Source: a virus (taxonomy: Duplodnaviria > Caudoviricetes). From it: 42,193 nt of DNA. The position numbers were made by a program, and so were the translations under genes. Within the stretch, counting starts at the first letter, position 1. Each line of letters begins with the position of its first letter. Below are positions 32,410 to 42,193 of this stretch, piece by piece. Below the pieces are notes generated by a model. That model did not search any database, was not told where the DNA came from, and worked only from the letters and a program-made list of their open reading frames with translations. Location of the stretch: positions 1 through 42,193 of the IMG/VR virus record IMGVR_UViG_3300017910_000112. The stretch is one strand, 5' to 3'.

Positions 32410-35400
32410 CGTCTTCTAAAAAAGTTCCGGCTGTGTAAGGTTCGCCAGTTGCAGGATTAATAGCCTCTGCGGGGTCTTCTTTTGTATTAGGAACTTTTGG
32501 TCCTTCTACAAGTCCACCTTTAGAATATACTTCTCTTTCACCAAACAAAAATCTATCTACCAATCTGTTTCTAGCTTTATCCATTTGCCTACCAATATTT
32601 CTCACCTCTTTACGACCAAAAGGAATATCTTCATCAATAAACTTAACTAAATCATAAGCACCATAAAAAGGTAAGTTAGCTGCTGCCTGTTCACCAAAGC
32701 CTTTTCTATATAAAATCATATCAACTACATCTTGAGCTAGTGGACCTGTCGGAGTTTTTAATAATACTCCTAAATCTCCTCCACCCACTCTAGCATTTTC
32801 ATACCAACGTCTACCATAATCCAAAATACCCAAACCACCCCACCTTTGAATACCATCTAGTGCTATAGTTGCTTGGTCAGATGGATTATTTAAATCTAAA
32901 TTTTCAATGCTTTTTCCATTACTACGAATATAGTTACCTGCTACTGCAATACTAGTCATTAACATAGTTGTACCCAATACTTTTGGAGCAACTATATCAG
33001 GATTGTCCATTTCATTTACAAACCTTTTTAAAACTGTGTTATTAAATACAGTAGGATATCCTGCAAACTGAACTAGTAACTGACCTGCAGGACTAGAAAA
33101 CCATAAAGGTCTATTAGCTTCCGCAGTGCTAGGATTTAATATTACCTCTTTTGTAAATCTATTAGCTGCGGGTAAATATGTTCTACCATAAAAATCTTGA
33201 TTCATAGACTTTGCAACATCAAATGCACCATCATCGTTTAAAGAGTTTTTATACCATCTAATAGAAGCATTAGGGTCAACTCCTAGTTCATTTAGTTGTC
33301 TCATAAAATAATCTTTTTTTCTATTTCCTAATTTTATAACTCCATCAGCATCGTCTGATAATTTTTTAGATATATCACGTATCATTCTTTTACCAGTTGT
33401 AAATGATGCTAATTGAACTGCACTTGTCCATTGTTGTAATAAATTAGCTTGGAAGAAAGCATTAGATAAAGTTTTAGCAACACTACCTGTTAAAGCTTCA
33501 CCAGTTAAACCTTCAATTCTTTCTAGAACTGCTTGTTCCATTGCAAGACCAGTTTTATATATTTCAGCCCAAGTATCATCATCAACATCTTTTAAGCCTT
33601 TTGTAGTCTTACCTGTTGTTACTCTATACGCAGCTCTAGCAGCTTTATTTACATTTTTAATTGTTTCTTTTGTTAAAGCAGTAGCTATATCTTTTACCAC
33701 TGCAGGAGTGTCTGTTAAACCTGCTCTAGATATTAAAAGCAAAGGCTCAGTTATACTAGATAAAGTGGCTAACGGTAAATGTGCCATTTGTTGACTTAAT
33801 CTACCCCATTCAGAAGCAGCCTGTCCAGCTTTACTAGATATTCTAGTCCCGCCTAAAAATCCTGATTCTTTATTTTGACCAGTAACTTTTAAATACATGT
33901 CTTCTAGTTTATTAGAAATATTTTCAACATCACTACGAGCCATGCCTTTTTCTGTTAACTCTTCTTGTATCTTATCAATAAATCTATATCTAAATTGATA
34001 TAAGTTTTGTCCGAACTTATCACTTCTTTCTATGATTGCAGCAGCGTTTACAAAATAATCTTCTAAAACATTTTGCACATCATTGTCTATAAAAGGTCTT
34101 AGTTTTTCATCACTAATATCTGTAAATAAACGATGCCTTAAAAAACTAGCACTACCTGAACCTGCATTTTGTTGACCATTAATTTCAAAAGACTGATATT
34201 TATATTCAAGCATATTATCAACAATAGCTTTAGCTTTCTTTCTTTTAGCAGCGTCAATCGCTTCTTTAGTTGGATTCGCTATTGTAGGGTCTAAAAATGT
34301 TCTACCAAAAACATCTTCATCTACTGTTAAATCTTTAACATAAACATCAACTTCTTGACCAGTTTCTACCGCAACCTTTTTAGCTTGTTCTATACTATTA
34401 ATAGGGTCAGTGTGTTTTGAATTAAATAATAATTCTTCAAATTCAACTCTGTTTTGCTCTATAGCATCACGTTTAAATCTTCTTGGAAAATAGTTTGTAA
34501 CTCTTCTAAACTTTTCAAATATGCCTACTTTTTCTCCTGCTAAAAATGTATCATCGAGTATACCTTTAATATCATCACCTGCTTTAGCTATGTAATCTTT
34601 TATAGGTTTACCATTAACACTTTTTATACTTGGATTTTGTAAATATGCTATAAGTTGGTCATTATCTTCTTGAGATAATTTAGCCCACCAACCAGTCCTA
34701 TCAAGTTGCTTTATAGCTTTTTTAAATCTAAAAAGATAATTACCTTGTCTTCTAGCTAAAGATAAACCATAGGATTCTTTACGTAATCCATCATGCCCTT
34801 TATTGAAAAACATAACATCATAGTCATATCTAAATCTAGACAATAAATCATTTAATGTTTTTGATTCAGATGCTAACTGAACAAATCTAGTTGTAGGTTT
34901 TTCCGCTAACAGTCTTCCTAAAAAATATCTTTTTTGTTCAGTAGTATCTTTTAAATCAGTTCGTAAAGTTGGAAGATTTTCTGCGTCTGAGATTTGTTTT
35001 CTTGTGCCTGATGCACTCCATCCGTCAGTATCCCATTCATCGTATTGTTTTATAATTGCATCTTCATTACTAAATTTATATTTTTTAGCTAAGTAACCTG
35101 CTCCTGTTAATCCTACACCAATACCTGCACCTATTCCTCCACCAATTAATCCTGTAGCAGCAACATTTTTCCAGTTAATACCATCGTTATTTCCTAAACC
35201 AAAATCAATAGATTGATTAAAGTAATCATAACTACCACCCCAACTAGCACCTTCAGCAGCTCCATAAATACCACCTTTCTTCATATATTTTTTTACGCCA
35301 CTTTCAGCTAAGTCAGCAGCAACTTTTCTAGCACCTATATTAAGAGCAGCAGAACCACCTCCTGTGGCTGGGATAAATAGTAAAGATAAAATATTTAAAG

Positions 35401-35857
35401 GGTCAGCTATCACATCTATAGCTAAGTCTTTTACAAAACCCATACGTTCACGAAAGCCCTCTAACTTTGCATTCCTAAAACTGTTCATTAAATAGTTATA
35501 GTCTTGTTTTTGTTCGTCAGTCCACTTACCTACTTGAAAAGAACGAACCATAGCCGACCCTAAACTATATTCAGAGTCTCTTAAATATTCAAAGATATTA
35601 TCATTCTCGCCAATACCATCTAAGAATCTTTTAGCTCTCTTAGAAAACTCAGGAGTGTTTTTGAGTTCTGTTAAAGATAGTTTTCTTTGAGGAGTATCAG
35701 AAGAAGATGTTGGATACAAATTTCCAGTAGAAAATCTTTTACTATTATATATAGATGAATAACTAGGTATGTGAGATAAATTAGTATCGTCTACTTTTTT
35801 TTCATCTGAGGGTTGATTAACAAGGTTAGAAAAACCTTCTGTATTATAAATTGACAT
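32396..35857 (-). CDS. large internal virion (ejection) protein
   Basis: 1153 aa; Gly/Ala hydrophobic segment; NYFPR; size and position typical of podovirus core proteins. Confidence 0.65.
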   Translation of the reverse strand: MSIYNTEGFSNLVNQPSDEKKVDDTNLSHIPSYSSIYNSKRFSTGNLYPTSSSDTPQRKLSLTELKNTPEFSKRAKRFLDGIGENDNIFEYLRDSEYSLGSAMVRSFQVGKWTDEQKQDYNYLMNSFRNAKLEGFRERMGFVKDLAIDVIADPLNILSLLFIPATGGGSAALNIGARKVAADLAESGVKKYMKKGGIYGAAEGASWGGSYDYFNQSIDFGLGNNDGINWKNVAATGLIGGGIGAGIGVGLTGAGYLAKKYKFSNEDAIIKQYDEWDTDGWSASGTRKQISDAENLPTLRTDLKDTTEQKRYFLGRLLAEKPTTRFVQLASESKTLNDLLSRFRYDYDVMFFNKGHDGLRKESYGLSLARRQGNYLFRFKKAIKQLDRTGWWAKLSQEDNDQLIAYLQNPSIKSVNGKPIKDYIAKAGDDIKGILDDTFLAGEKVGIFEKFRRVTNYFPRRFKRDAIEQNRVEFEELLFNSKHTDPINSIEQAKKVAVETGQEVDVYVKDLTVDEDVFGRTFLDPTIANPTKEAIDAAKRKKAKAIVDNMLEYKYQSFEINGQQNAGSGSASFLRHRLFTDISDEKLRPFIDNDVQNVLEDYFVNAAAIIERSDKFGQNLYQFRYRFIDKIQEELTEKGMARSDVENISNKLEDMYLKVTGQNKESGFLGGTRISSKAGQAASEWGRLSQQMAHLPLATLSSITEPLLLISRAGLTDTPAVVKDIATALTKETIKNVNKAARAAYRVTTGKTTKGLKDVDDDTWAEIYKTGLAMEQAVLERIEGLTGEALTGSVAKTLSNAFFQANLLQQWTSAVQLASFTTGKRMIRDISKKLSDDADGVIKLGNRKKDYFMRQLNELGVDPNASIRWYKNSLNDDGAFDVAKSMNQDFYGRTYLPAANRFTKEVILNPSTAEANRPLWFSSPAGQLLVQFAGYPTVFNNTVLKRFVNEMDNPDIVAPKVLGTTMLMTSIAVAGNYIRSNGKSIENLDLNNPSDQATIALDGIQRWGGLGILDYGRRWYENARVGGGDLGVLLKTPTGPLAQDVVDMILYRKGFGEQAAANLPFYGAYDLVKFIDEDIPFGRKEVRNIGRQMDKARNRLVDRFLFGEREVYSKGGLVEGPKVPNTKEDPAEAINPATGEPYTAGTFLEDDEDV

Positions 35858-35859
35858 AA

Positions 35860-38178
35860 TTATTTAAGTAATTCAGATAGTATTGTATTAAAGAAATCAT
35901 CTGAAGGAACTTCATATTTTCCTTTTAAGTTTCTTATATATATACTAGCAGGTTGAAAAGCTACTTCATAACCTTTTTGAGGCAACATAGGTCTATCCAT
36001 GAAAGATAATTCTTCAGCTTGTTTGTATGTCTCATCAGCTAATCTTTCATTTAAAGTATCATATGCATTGTTTCTTATAGCAAGTTTACTAAAAGGATAT
36101 CTTGTAAATCTGTAGTTTTCAGGTATACCAAATTTTCTAGTTAAATCTGTTTCTGTAATTTCAGCTAGATAAGCTAGTTCTTCATTTGATAAAGAAGAAA
36201 GGTCCATATTTTTAGTTATTTCTTGGAATCTATCTAAGTAAGTTCTATTTATAGGTAAATATGTTTTTATTAAATTTCTATCTTCTAATTCCGATAATGT
36301 TGTAATATTATCTTGATTAGTTAAAAAGTCTCTTCCTTGAAATTCTTCTTCTGTTTCTGTAACTTCTCCCTCTCCAAATAACTCTTCTGTTGAGTCAATA
36401 GCTATTTCTTCCTCTTGCATATCCATACTAATAAGATTTCTTAAATCTTCATCAGCACCATACTCTTCTTCAAAAAGCGAAAGTAATTTTTCTTTACCTT
36501 GTTTTCCTGAAAAATGAGTAGTTATATTTATCAGTTGTTCGTTACCATCAAAGTTTTTAAACTTTGCATAACCCATAGTATCACTAGAACGATTAAGTAA
36601 AAACTCTGTAATAGCTCTGTCTGCAATTTCTTTATCATCCAGATTTTGCATTACTCCAGCATCCATATCTCTAAGAGAACGAACTTGAACTTTTAATGCT
36701 GCTATTTCTTCTAAAAACTCATCTTGTTTAGATTCATTTAGTTGTCTATTATTTTTTAATTGATATGTTAAATAATTAATTCTATCTATTTTATTAATTG
36801 ATGTAAGTTGTGCCATAGTAGGTGCTTTTTTCATTACATTTTCAGCAACTTCTACATTTAACATAGCATATGCTAAATTAGGGTCAGCCTCACCTGTTTC
36901 TGCTAATACTTTTAATGAACTTAGCACTTGTTCCGGATTACTAACATATTTATCAAATAAAGGTCTATATCCTCTTTTACCATCTATTTCAACAAAAGCT
37001 TTATTTTTTTGTAAGTACTCAACTCCTAATTGTAATATTTCAGCATCAGGTAATGGTAAAACTGTTTTATCTGTTTTTACTAGTTCTTCATTTGTTGCTT
37101 TTATTGTTGCCATAATTTTAGATAAGTCAATTGCAATAGCATTTTGAATAACTGACTCATTACTATCCTCTATTGTAAATAAACCATCACTATTAACATC
37201 TACTAGCCCCATATCAAATCTGTCTTTTCTTAATGGTTGCTCAAATCTTAATCCTGTATCTGTGCCATCAGAATTTAAAATAAATCCATTTTTTTTAATT
37301 CCAAATGCTTCAAGTCTATCAGCTCTTAAATTATCTCCTTTTCTTCTATCAAGTCTTTCATAAATATCTTTTTGAAAAGCATTAGCTATATCAGCATTGT
37401 ATCTTACTCCTGCATTATTTAAAAAAGTACTCATAACATTTGAGTCTTGTTTTACAAGATAATTCAGTTGATTAATTTTATTGGTTTCAAAACTTTTAAC
37501 TCTTTTATAAAAATCATCAAATTTAGGTAGTAATTTATTAATATTTATTTCTGTTTCAACTTCTGCTGCAGCTTGACCACTTATTCTATCAGCAATTATA
37601 CTAACCAAAGTTTCTGGCTCTACATCTAAATTAGAAAACGCTTCTCTAACCTCATTAGTTACTTCATAAGGTTTAAATGTAAAATATGGACTTTGTTTTT
37701 TTTGTTCCATAATAGTTCTTTCATGATTTTGATACTCTCTTATTGATTTATTGTACTCAGCTTCATTGCCTTGTCGATACTTAAAAAGTCCTTCATCTAA
37801 ATCTCCGTCACCCATTCTAAGTAATCTGCGTTTGTGAGTATTTTTTAATCTTTCTTCTGCTTTATTTGCTAGATACGTTTCTGGACTATCATCATATAAT
37901 TCTATTTCAGGTATATTTAATTTTCTTCTACCTTCTGCATAATCATAATTAAATTGGTCGACAGCATTTTGCCCCATAATTTCTATTTGTTTATTTCTTT
38001 GAAACTTTCTTTGATTTACTCCCTGAATAGCACCTTGAATAACAGCAGGAGCTAGTCCTAAAAATAAACTACCTAAAATATCTTTAAACTCTAATTGTCT
38101 ATCAAAATCAAAATCTCTTTTTGATAAAAGATTGTTTACTGTTTTTTGATAATTACTTTGCGGGTCTTCAAAAATCAT
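35860..38178 (-). CDS. putative internal virion protein
   Basis: 772 aa; position in the core-protein cluster. Confidence 0.5.
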   Translation of the reverse strand: MIFEDPQSNYQKTVNNLLSKRDFDFDRQLEFKDILGSLFLGLAPAVIQGAIQGVNQRKFQRNKQIEIMGQNAVDQFNYDYAEGRRKLNIPEIELYDDSPETYLANKAEERLKNTHKRRLLRMGDGDLDEGLFKYRQGNEAEYNKSIREYQNHERTIMEQKKQSPYFTFKPYEVTNEVREAFSNLDVEPETLVSIIADRISGQAAAEVETEININKLLPKFDDFYKRVKSFETNKINQLNYLVKQDSNVMSTFLNNAGVRYNADIANAFQKDIYERLDRRKGDNLRADRLEAFGIKKNGFILNSDGTDTGLRFEQPLRKDRFDMGLVDVNSDGLFTIEDSNESVIQNAIAIDLSKIMATIKATNEELVKTDKTVLPLPDAEILQLGVEYLQKNKAFVEIDGKRGYRPLFDKYVSNPEQVLSSLKVLAETGEADPNLAYAMLNVEVAENVMKKAPTMAQLTSINKIDRINYLTYQLKNNRQLNESKQDEFLEEIAALKVQVRSLRDMDAGVMQNLDDKEIADRAITEFLLNRSSDTMGYAKFKNFDGNEQLINITTHFSGKQGKEKLLSLFEEEYGADEDLRNLISMDMQEEEIAIDSTEELFGEGEVTETEEEFQGRDFLTNQDNITTLSELEDRNLIKTYLPINRTYLDRFQEITKNMDLSSLSNEELAYLAEITETDLTRKFGIPENYRFTRYPFSKLAIRNNAYDTLNERLADETYKQAEELSFMDRPMLPQKGYEVAFQPASIYIRNLKGKYEVPSDDFFNTILSELLK

Positions 38179-38888
38179 ACTCTTCTCTCTAATAAACTAT
38201 CTATTTGTTCTGTTTTTTCTAATAAATTTTTACGTGTTTCTTGAGGTAAAATGTTTTCGTTTCTTACACCTTTTTGTAAAGCAATTCTACTAATATCTTT
38301 TAAAATATTACTTTGCTCTATAGTGTCATCTTCTTCGTCAACATCTGTATCTTCACTGCTAAATTTATAATCAATTCTAGCTTTTTCACCTATTGCCATA
38401 ATCATAATTGCAGTAGGCTCATATACCTGTAACATAACGTCTGGAGTGTATTTACCTGCTTTAAAATCTTCATACAACATAGCACTTGTTAAATCTTCAA
38501 CTGTGTATCCATTAGCTAAAGCATTCATAGTTCCAACCATGCCCTCTTTAGTTAACAATCTACTTTCAATATCATTTAAAGCATCAACAGGACTTGCAAA
38601 CTGTGCAGGTCTTTCCCAAGGATATCTTTCATCTTTAGCTCTAGTTAAAGAAGCTCCCGGAATAGGATTACCTTTACTTTGTCGCTGAACGAAATCATTT
38701 ATAGCATCTTCATCTACTTTTACATCAAACGGTTTTATTCTGCCTTCAGACCTATCACTATCCGTTCCTAGTAAATTTAATACATCTTCTGTGCTAATAT
38801 TATTTTCTTCAAGAAAATTTAAAGTCTGTTCAATAGCTCCTGAAGCAGTATTAGATTTTATTTTTTGTAAGTCTCTTAATGTAGCCAT
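38175..38888 (-). CDS. putative virion protein
   Basis: 237 aa; PIPGASLT..YPWERP motif. Confidence 0.55.
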   Translation of the reverse strand: MATLRDLQKIKSNTASGAIEQTLNFLEENNISTEDVLNLLGTDSDRSEGRIKPFDVKVDEDAINDFVQRQSKGNPIPGASLTRAKDERYPWERPAQFASPVDALNDIESRLLTKEGMVGTMNALANGYTVEDLTSAMLYEDFKAGKYTPDVMLQVYEPTAIMIMAIGEKARIDYKFSSEDTDVDEEDDTIEQSNILKDISRIALQKGVRNENILPQETRKNLLEKTEQIDSLLERRV

Positions 38889-38896
38889 AATTTATC

Positions 38897-39319
38897 CTAT
38901 GAGTATGCACCAAATCCAAATTCTAAGTTTCTAGCCATAGTTGGTCCTTCAACAGATAAAGGTTGTAATTGACCTCTTATTTCTGGTTCAGGTACTCTAA
39001 AAGGGTCTTCTCCAGTAACAGTCTTTTGAATAACTTTTTGTGCAGCTTGAGTACCTGCAGTAGTTGCAACAGTACTAGCTACACCTTTTAAAGCTGATGC
39101 AGATATACCAGCTATCTTTCCTGTTCCTGCTAGAGCAGTTGCAGCAGCCCCTAATTTACCAGCACCTGCCCACCATCCGGCTAAAGCTCCTCCAGTGTAT
39201 ATAGTTGCACCAAGTATGGCTGCAGTTATTAAAGCTTTTTTATTTCTATTAACAAATCTTTTGAAGGGGTCAACTATTTTCTTTTTTACCCCACCAACTA
39301 TACTTTTAAATATATTCAT
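38897..39319 (-). CDS. small Ala/Gly-rich internal virion protein
   Basis: 140 aa; basic N-terminus and hydrophobic Ala/Gly stretch. Confidence 0.5.
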   Translation of the reverse strand: MNIFKSIVGGVKKKIVDPFKRFVNRNKKALITAAILGATIYTGGALAGWWAGAGKLGAAATALAGTGKIAGISASALKGVASTVATTAGTQAAQKVIQKTVTGEDPFRVPEPEIRGQLQPLSVEGPTMARNLEFGFGAYS

Positions 39320-39323
39320 AATT

Positions 39324-41381
39324 TTATCCTGTCGATGCTTTTGTTATTTGTGCAATCCAATATGACAAAGATTGTCTACCCTGACTAGTATATCTTTTAG
39401 GGTCAGCAGCTACTACTGTTCCTATTAACTGAGAAGTTCTATTAGCATCATTCTCAGTTTTTCTAAAATCAAAGTCTGCTTGGTCTCTAAGTTCCTGCCA
39501 TAAAAATGCTTGAGCCTGAGAAGTTAATTGAAATTGATTTTGTACGTTAATTCTATTTGCTTCATTTATAGCAGCAGTGTCTGCTAAATTAATTTGTCTT
39601 CGCCACTCAGCATTTGATTGTTCTACAAGCAATGCATTCTTAGCATTAAACTGGTCTCTTTCAAATTGTGCTTGAGCATTAAACTCTTTTGCTTGTTGGG
39701 CTAGTTGTGTATTAATTCTTTCAAACTCAGCTTCGTTATTAAATCTTCTAGCCTCTGCAGCATTTAAAGCTGCTGCATTAAATTCTTTAGTAGCATTCAT
39801 TTGCTGTACGTTAAATTTATTTATATCTGCTGCTAGTCCTGCCATAAACTGATTAGTTTGATTAACACTACTTGCGTTAAACTGTGCTGCAGCATTTTCG
39901 GCAGCTTGATTAGATAATAATCTTTGTTGTTCTTGTTGTGACTCTAATATTATAGCTTGTTGTTGATTACTTAAATTAGCCATGTCCATTTGCAAGAATG
40001 CTTGAGCATTTTGTATTTGTGCTCTTTGATTTAAATTAGCTTCTGCTAAATTAGCTTGTGACATAAGAACTGCATTCTGTACAACTGCCTGTTGGTCAAA
40101 CTGAGCTTCTGCTAAAGTAGCAGTTTGTAAAAACTTACTGTTTGAAAGAGCAGTTTGTTGGTCAGCACTAAACTGAGCTAAGTTTAATTTAAATACATTA
40201 TTAGCGTTAACAAGAGCAGCTTGTTGACTTAGTTCAGCATCTTTTATATTTCTTTGTGCTTCTAAACTTCTTTCTTGAACAACAGCAGCTTGAATAGCTT
40301 GTGCATTGCTTTGTGCTAATGGAACAGCAGATTGTATAATAGCATTAAATAGAGCATCCCTACCAACACTAGAAGCACTTAAACCTCTAGCAGCTAACAT
40401 GTTTTCTACTGCACTAACAGCAGGTCTAGCCCATGCAGGTATCTCGCCTTCTTCAATACCTTTTAGTAATGTATCTAATTGATTACTAACTAAAGCTTCT
40501 TCTGGTAATCCTTCAATAACTCCACGTTCTTCTTCAGATAAATCCATAAGAGCAGCTTCTAAAGCTTCTGGGTCATTACCTAGTTCAGCTATAACACTTT
40601 CAGAAATACCTGCTCGTCTTAATTGTTTTTTTGCTCTAGTAACTTTACCTAAATTACTTCCTGCTACAACAGAAGCTTTAGCTTTAGCATCATCAGTTAG
40701 TGAACCTACAACTCTTTGAGCTAATGCACCTTCTTGTATTTCTACATCTGCACCTTCAATTGGAGCAACTCTTTCAACTCCAGCAGCTTGTGCTATTGCA
40801 TTATCACTAACTTGACCTTGTGCTGCTTCAATAGATACATCAGGAGTAACACTAGTAACTTGAGCTAACTCAGTAGTAATAGGTTGAGGAGCATCTGCTT
40901 GACCAACATCAGTTATTTGAGTTACTTGTTCGGGGGCAATACCTTCTAATGAAGCTTGTTCTGGAGTTATAGTTGGAGCAGGAGTAGTCATTTGACCTGT
41001 TCCTGCAGCTACCATTCCTTCAGCTTTTTCATCTTCTGAAAGCTTAGTTGGAACAACTTGTGGGGTAGCACTCTTTCCTTTATCATCTATTATAGCTTGT
41101 GCATCTTCTCTTGCAGCTTGTTGGGCTTGTTCTAGTTCTGATGGTTGACTAGAAGTTCCTCCAGAACCACCACTAGTCCCTTGAGTTCCTTGAGTTCCTT
41201 GGCTACCTGAAGTGCCTCCGTCTTCAAGATTTTCTTGTATCTCTTCTTCAGTTGGCTCTCCGGATTCACCACCCATAATACCGCCTCTGCCACCAACTTG
41301 ATAGCCTACTCTACCGCCTTTGGTGTAATCCAAACGATTTGCAGTTCTAGCTTTTTTTCTAGTCTTCTTTTTTCTTGCCAT
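39324..41381 (-). CDS. Gln/Ala/Asn-rich internal virion (pilot-like) protein
   Basis: 685 aa; repeated QFNA/EFNA coiled coil. Confidence 0.6.
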   Translation of the reverse strand: MARKKKTRKKARTANRLDYTKGGRVGYQVGGRGGIMGGESGEPTEEEIQENLEDGGTSGSQGTQGTQGTSGGSGGTSSQPSELEQAQQAAREDAQAIIDDKGKSATPQVVPTKLSEDEKAEGMVAAGTGQMTTPAPTITPEQASLEGIAPEQVTQITDVGQADAPQPITTELAQVTSVTPDVSIEAAQGQVSDNAIAQAAGVERVAPIEGADVEIQEGALAQRVVGSLTDDAKAKASVVAGSNLGKVTRAKKQLRRAGISESVIAELGNDPEALEAALMDLSEEERGVIEGLPEEALVSNQLDTLLKGIEEGEIPAWARPAVSAVENMLAARGLSASSVGRDALFNAIIQSAVPLAQSNAQAIQAAVVQERSLEAQRNIKDAELSQQAALVNANNVFKLNLAQFSADQQTALSNSKFLQTATLAEAQFDQQAVVQNAVLMSQANLAEANLNQRAQIQNAQAFLQMDMANLSNQQQAIILESQQEQQRLLSNQAAENAAAQFNASSVNQTNQFMAGLAADINKFNVQQMNATKEFNAAALNAAEARRFNNEAEFERINTQLAQQAKEFNAQAQFERDQFNAKNALLVEQSNAEWRRQINLADTAAINEANRINVQNQFQLTSQAQAFLWQELRDQADFDFRKTENDANRTSQLIGTVVAADPKRYTSQGRQSLSYWIAQITKASTG

Positions 41382-41385
41382 TGTA

Positions 41386-41628
41386 TTACCTTAGTTCAAA
41401 TAGTTTATCTATCTTCTCATCAAGCTTTTCGAGTCTAGTCATAAGATTTTCCATGTCATCTCTTAGTTCATTTTTAGTAACATAGTCTCTCGCAAGTTCT
41501 TCACGAGTTTTATTTAATAGGATGTCTAAGCGTTTAGCTTCTGTTGTGTTTTGTCTAATACTGTAGAATATTGGAGCTAATACTAGAGTGATTATTATAT
41601 TCCAAAGCATGTCAGGAGTAAACTCCAT
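41386..41628 (-). CDS. small TM plus coiled-coil protein
   Basis: 80 aa; 'LLNKTREELARDYVTK'. Confidence 0.65.
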   Translation of the reverse strand: MEFTPDMLWNIIITLVLAPIFYSIRQNTTEAKRLDILLNKTREELARDYVTKNELRDDMENLMTRLEKLDEKIDKLFELR

Positions 41629-41633
41629 ATTAC

Positions 41634-41987
41634 TTATCCTATAGTTTTAGTGACAGATGTAGGTGTAACTAACTTAGCTATGGTAGCATCAAGACTAGCT
41701 TTCATTGCAGTAACCTCATCAGCTCCTAAAGCTGCTTCAACCCAACCTTGCACATCACTTGCTGTTAAGTCTGCAAAGGCTGTGAAGCTTGATAAGTCTG
41801 AAGTGTCTACTGCTTGACTACCGTAACAAGAAGATGTGATATTGACTTCAACTCCATCAATAGTTTGTTTGTTAGTGTCATCAGTAGCTGTTAGTCTCCA
41901 GTGAACATTGTGCACTACATCGGACTTAGAATCCTTTGTAGGGTAAGTGTCAACGGTACTTACATCCCATTCATATGATATTGCCAT
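41634..41987 (-). CDS. tail-associated protein
   Basis: 117 aa; VVHNVHWRL, FTAFADLT, VQGWVEA; follows a tail fibre. Confidence 0.6.
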   Translation of the reverse strand: MAISYEWDVSTVDTYPTKDSKSDVVHNVHWRLTATDDTNKQTIDGVEVNITSSCYGSQAVDTSDLSSFTAFADLTASDVQGWVEAALGADEVTAMKASLDATIAKLVTPTSVTKTIG

Positions 41988-41988
41988 A

Positions 41989-42193
41989 TTATTCTCCTTT
42001 TAAAGTGTTAACTTCAGATTGTAAGGCTTCAATCTGTTCTTGTTGTTCTTGAATTGCTTTAGTTAAGTGAGCAATTAATCCTGTTGGGTCAATACCCATA
42101 TCTTTTTGCCCATCTGTACCAGTAGCTACACCATCTGTTGTACCGAATATAGCTGCTACTTCTTGTGCAATAAAACCTGTTTTTTTATTAGTA
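41989..42193 (-). CDS. tail fibre C-terminus with intramolecular chaperone (peptidase S74), partial
   Basis: Own translation ...TGFIAQEV...LIAHLTKAIQEQQEQIEALQSEVNTLKGE. Confidence 0.8.
   Translation of the reverse strand, partial: TNKKTGFIAQEVAAIFGTTDGVATGTDGQKDMGIDPTGLIAHLTKAIQEQQEQIEALQSEVNTLKGE

Noticed and set aside
1-42193. tRNA genes, introns or inteins in pol/nrd/terL, alternative genetic code
   Set aside because: No cloverleaf or T-loop signature noticed; the enzymes are normal length and uninterrupted; TAA, TAG and TGA all end genes at sensible boundaries.

Overview
AT-rich segment of a lytic, probably marine, podovirus-type dsDNA phage. It starts and ends inside tail-fibre genes, so it looks like a permuted cut of a larger genome. 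Minus strand 1-12077: tail fibre, adaptor, major capsid, scaffold, portal, large and small terminase, and a cluster of very basic microproteins that contains a glutamine (glnA-type) riboswitch with its YRG peptide. Plus strand 13129-30854: about 30 small early ORFs, then a T7-like replication module (SSB, primase-helicase, PolA Tyr762, PD-(D/E)XK nucleases, DUF3310, class Ia nrdAB). No RNA polymerase or integrase is visible. Minus strand 30855-end: lysis genes, internal virion proteins and a tail fibre with an S74 chaperone domain. The main discovery is at the late/early divergence point: 12379-13755 is a roughly 1.38-kb imperfect inverted repeat (rod). Its right arm carries two genes and a terminator. 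Its left arm is a non-coding complement whose mismatches are strongly biased to G.T/G.U wobble on the minus strand. The left arm also has a mutually exclusive self-fold, and a composite promoter-like site forms near the apex. Other highlights are a three-hairpin leader on the scaffold gene and a shared R-x-x-[MKFY]-x-x-G-G motif in several late proteins. All calls are by eye; no searches or folding programs were run.
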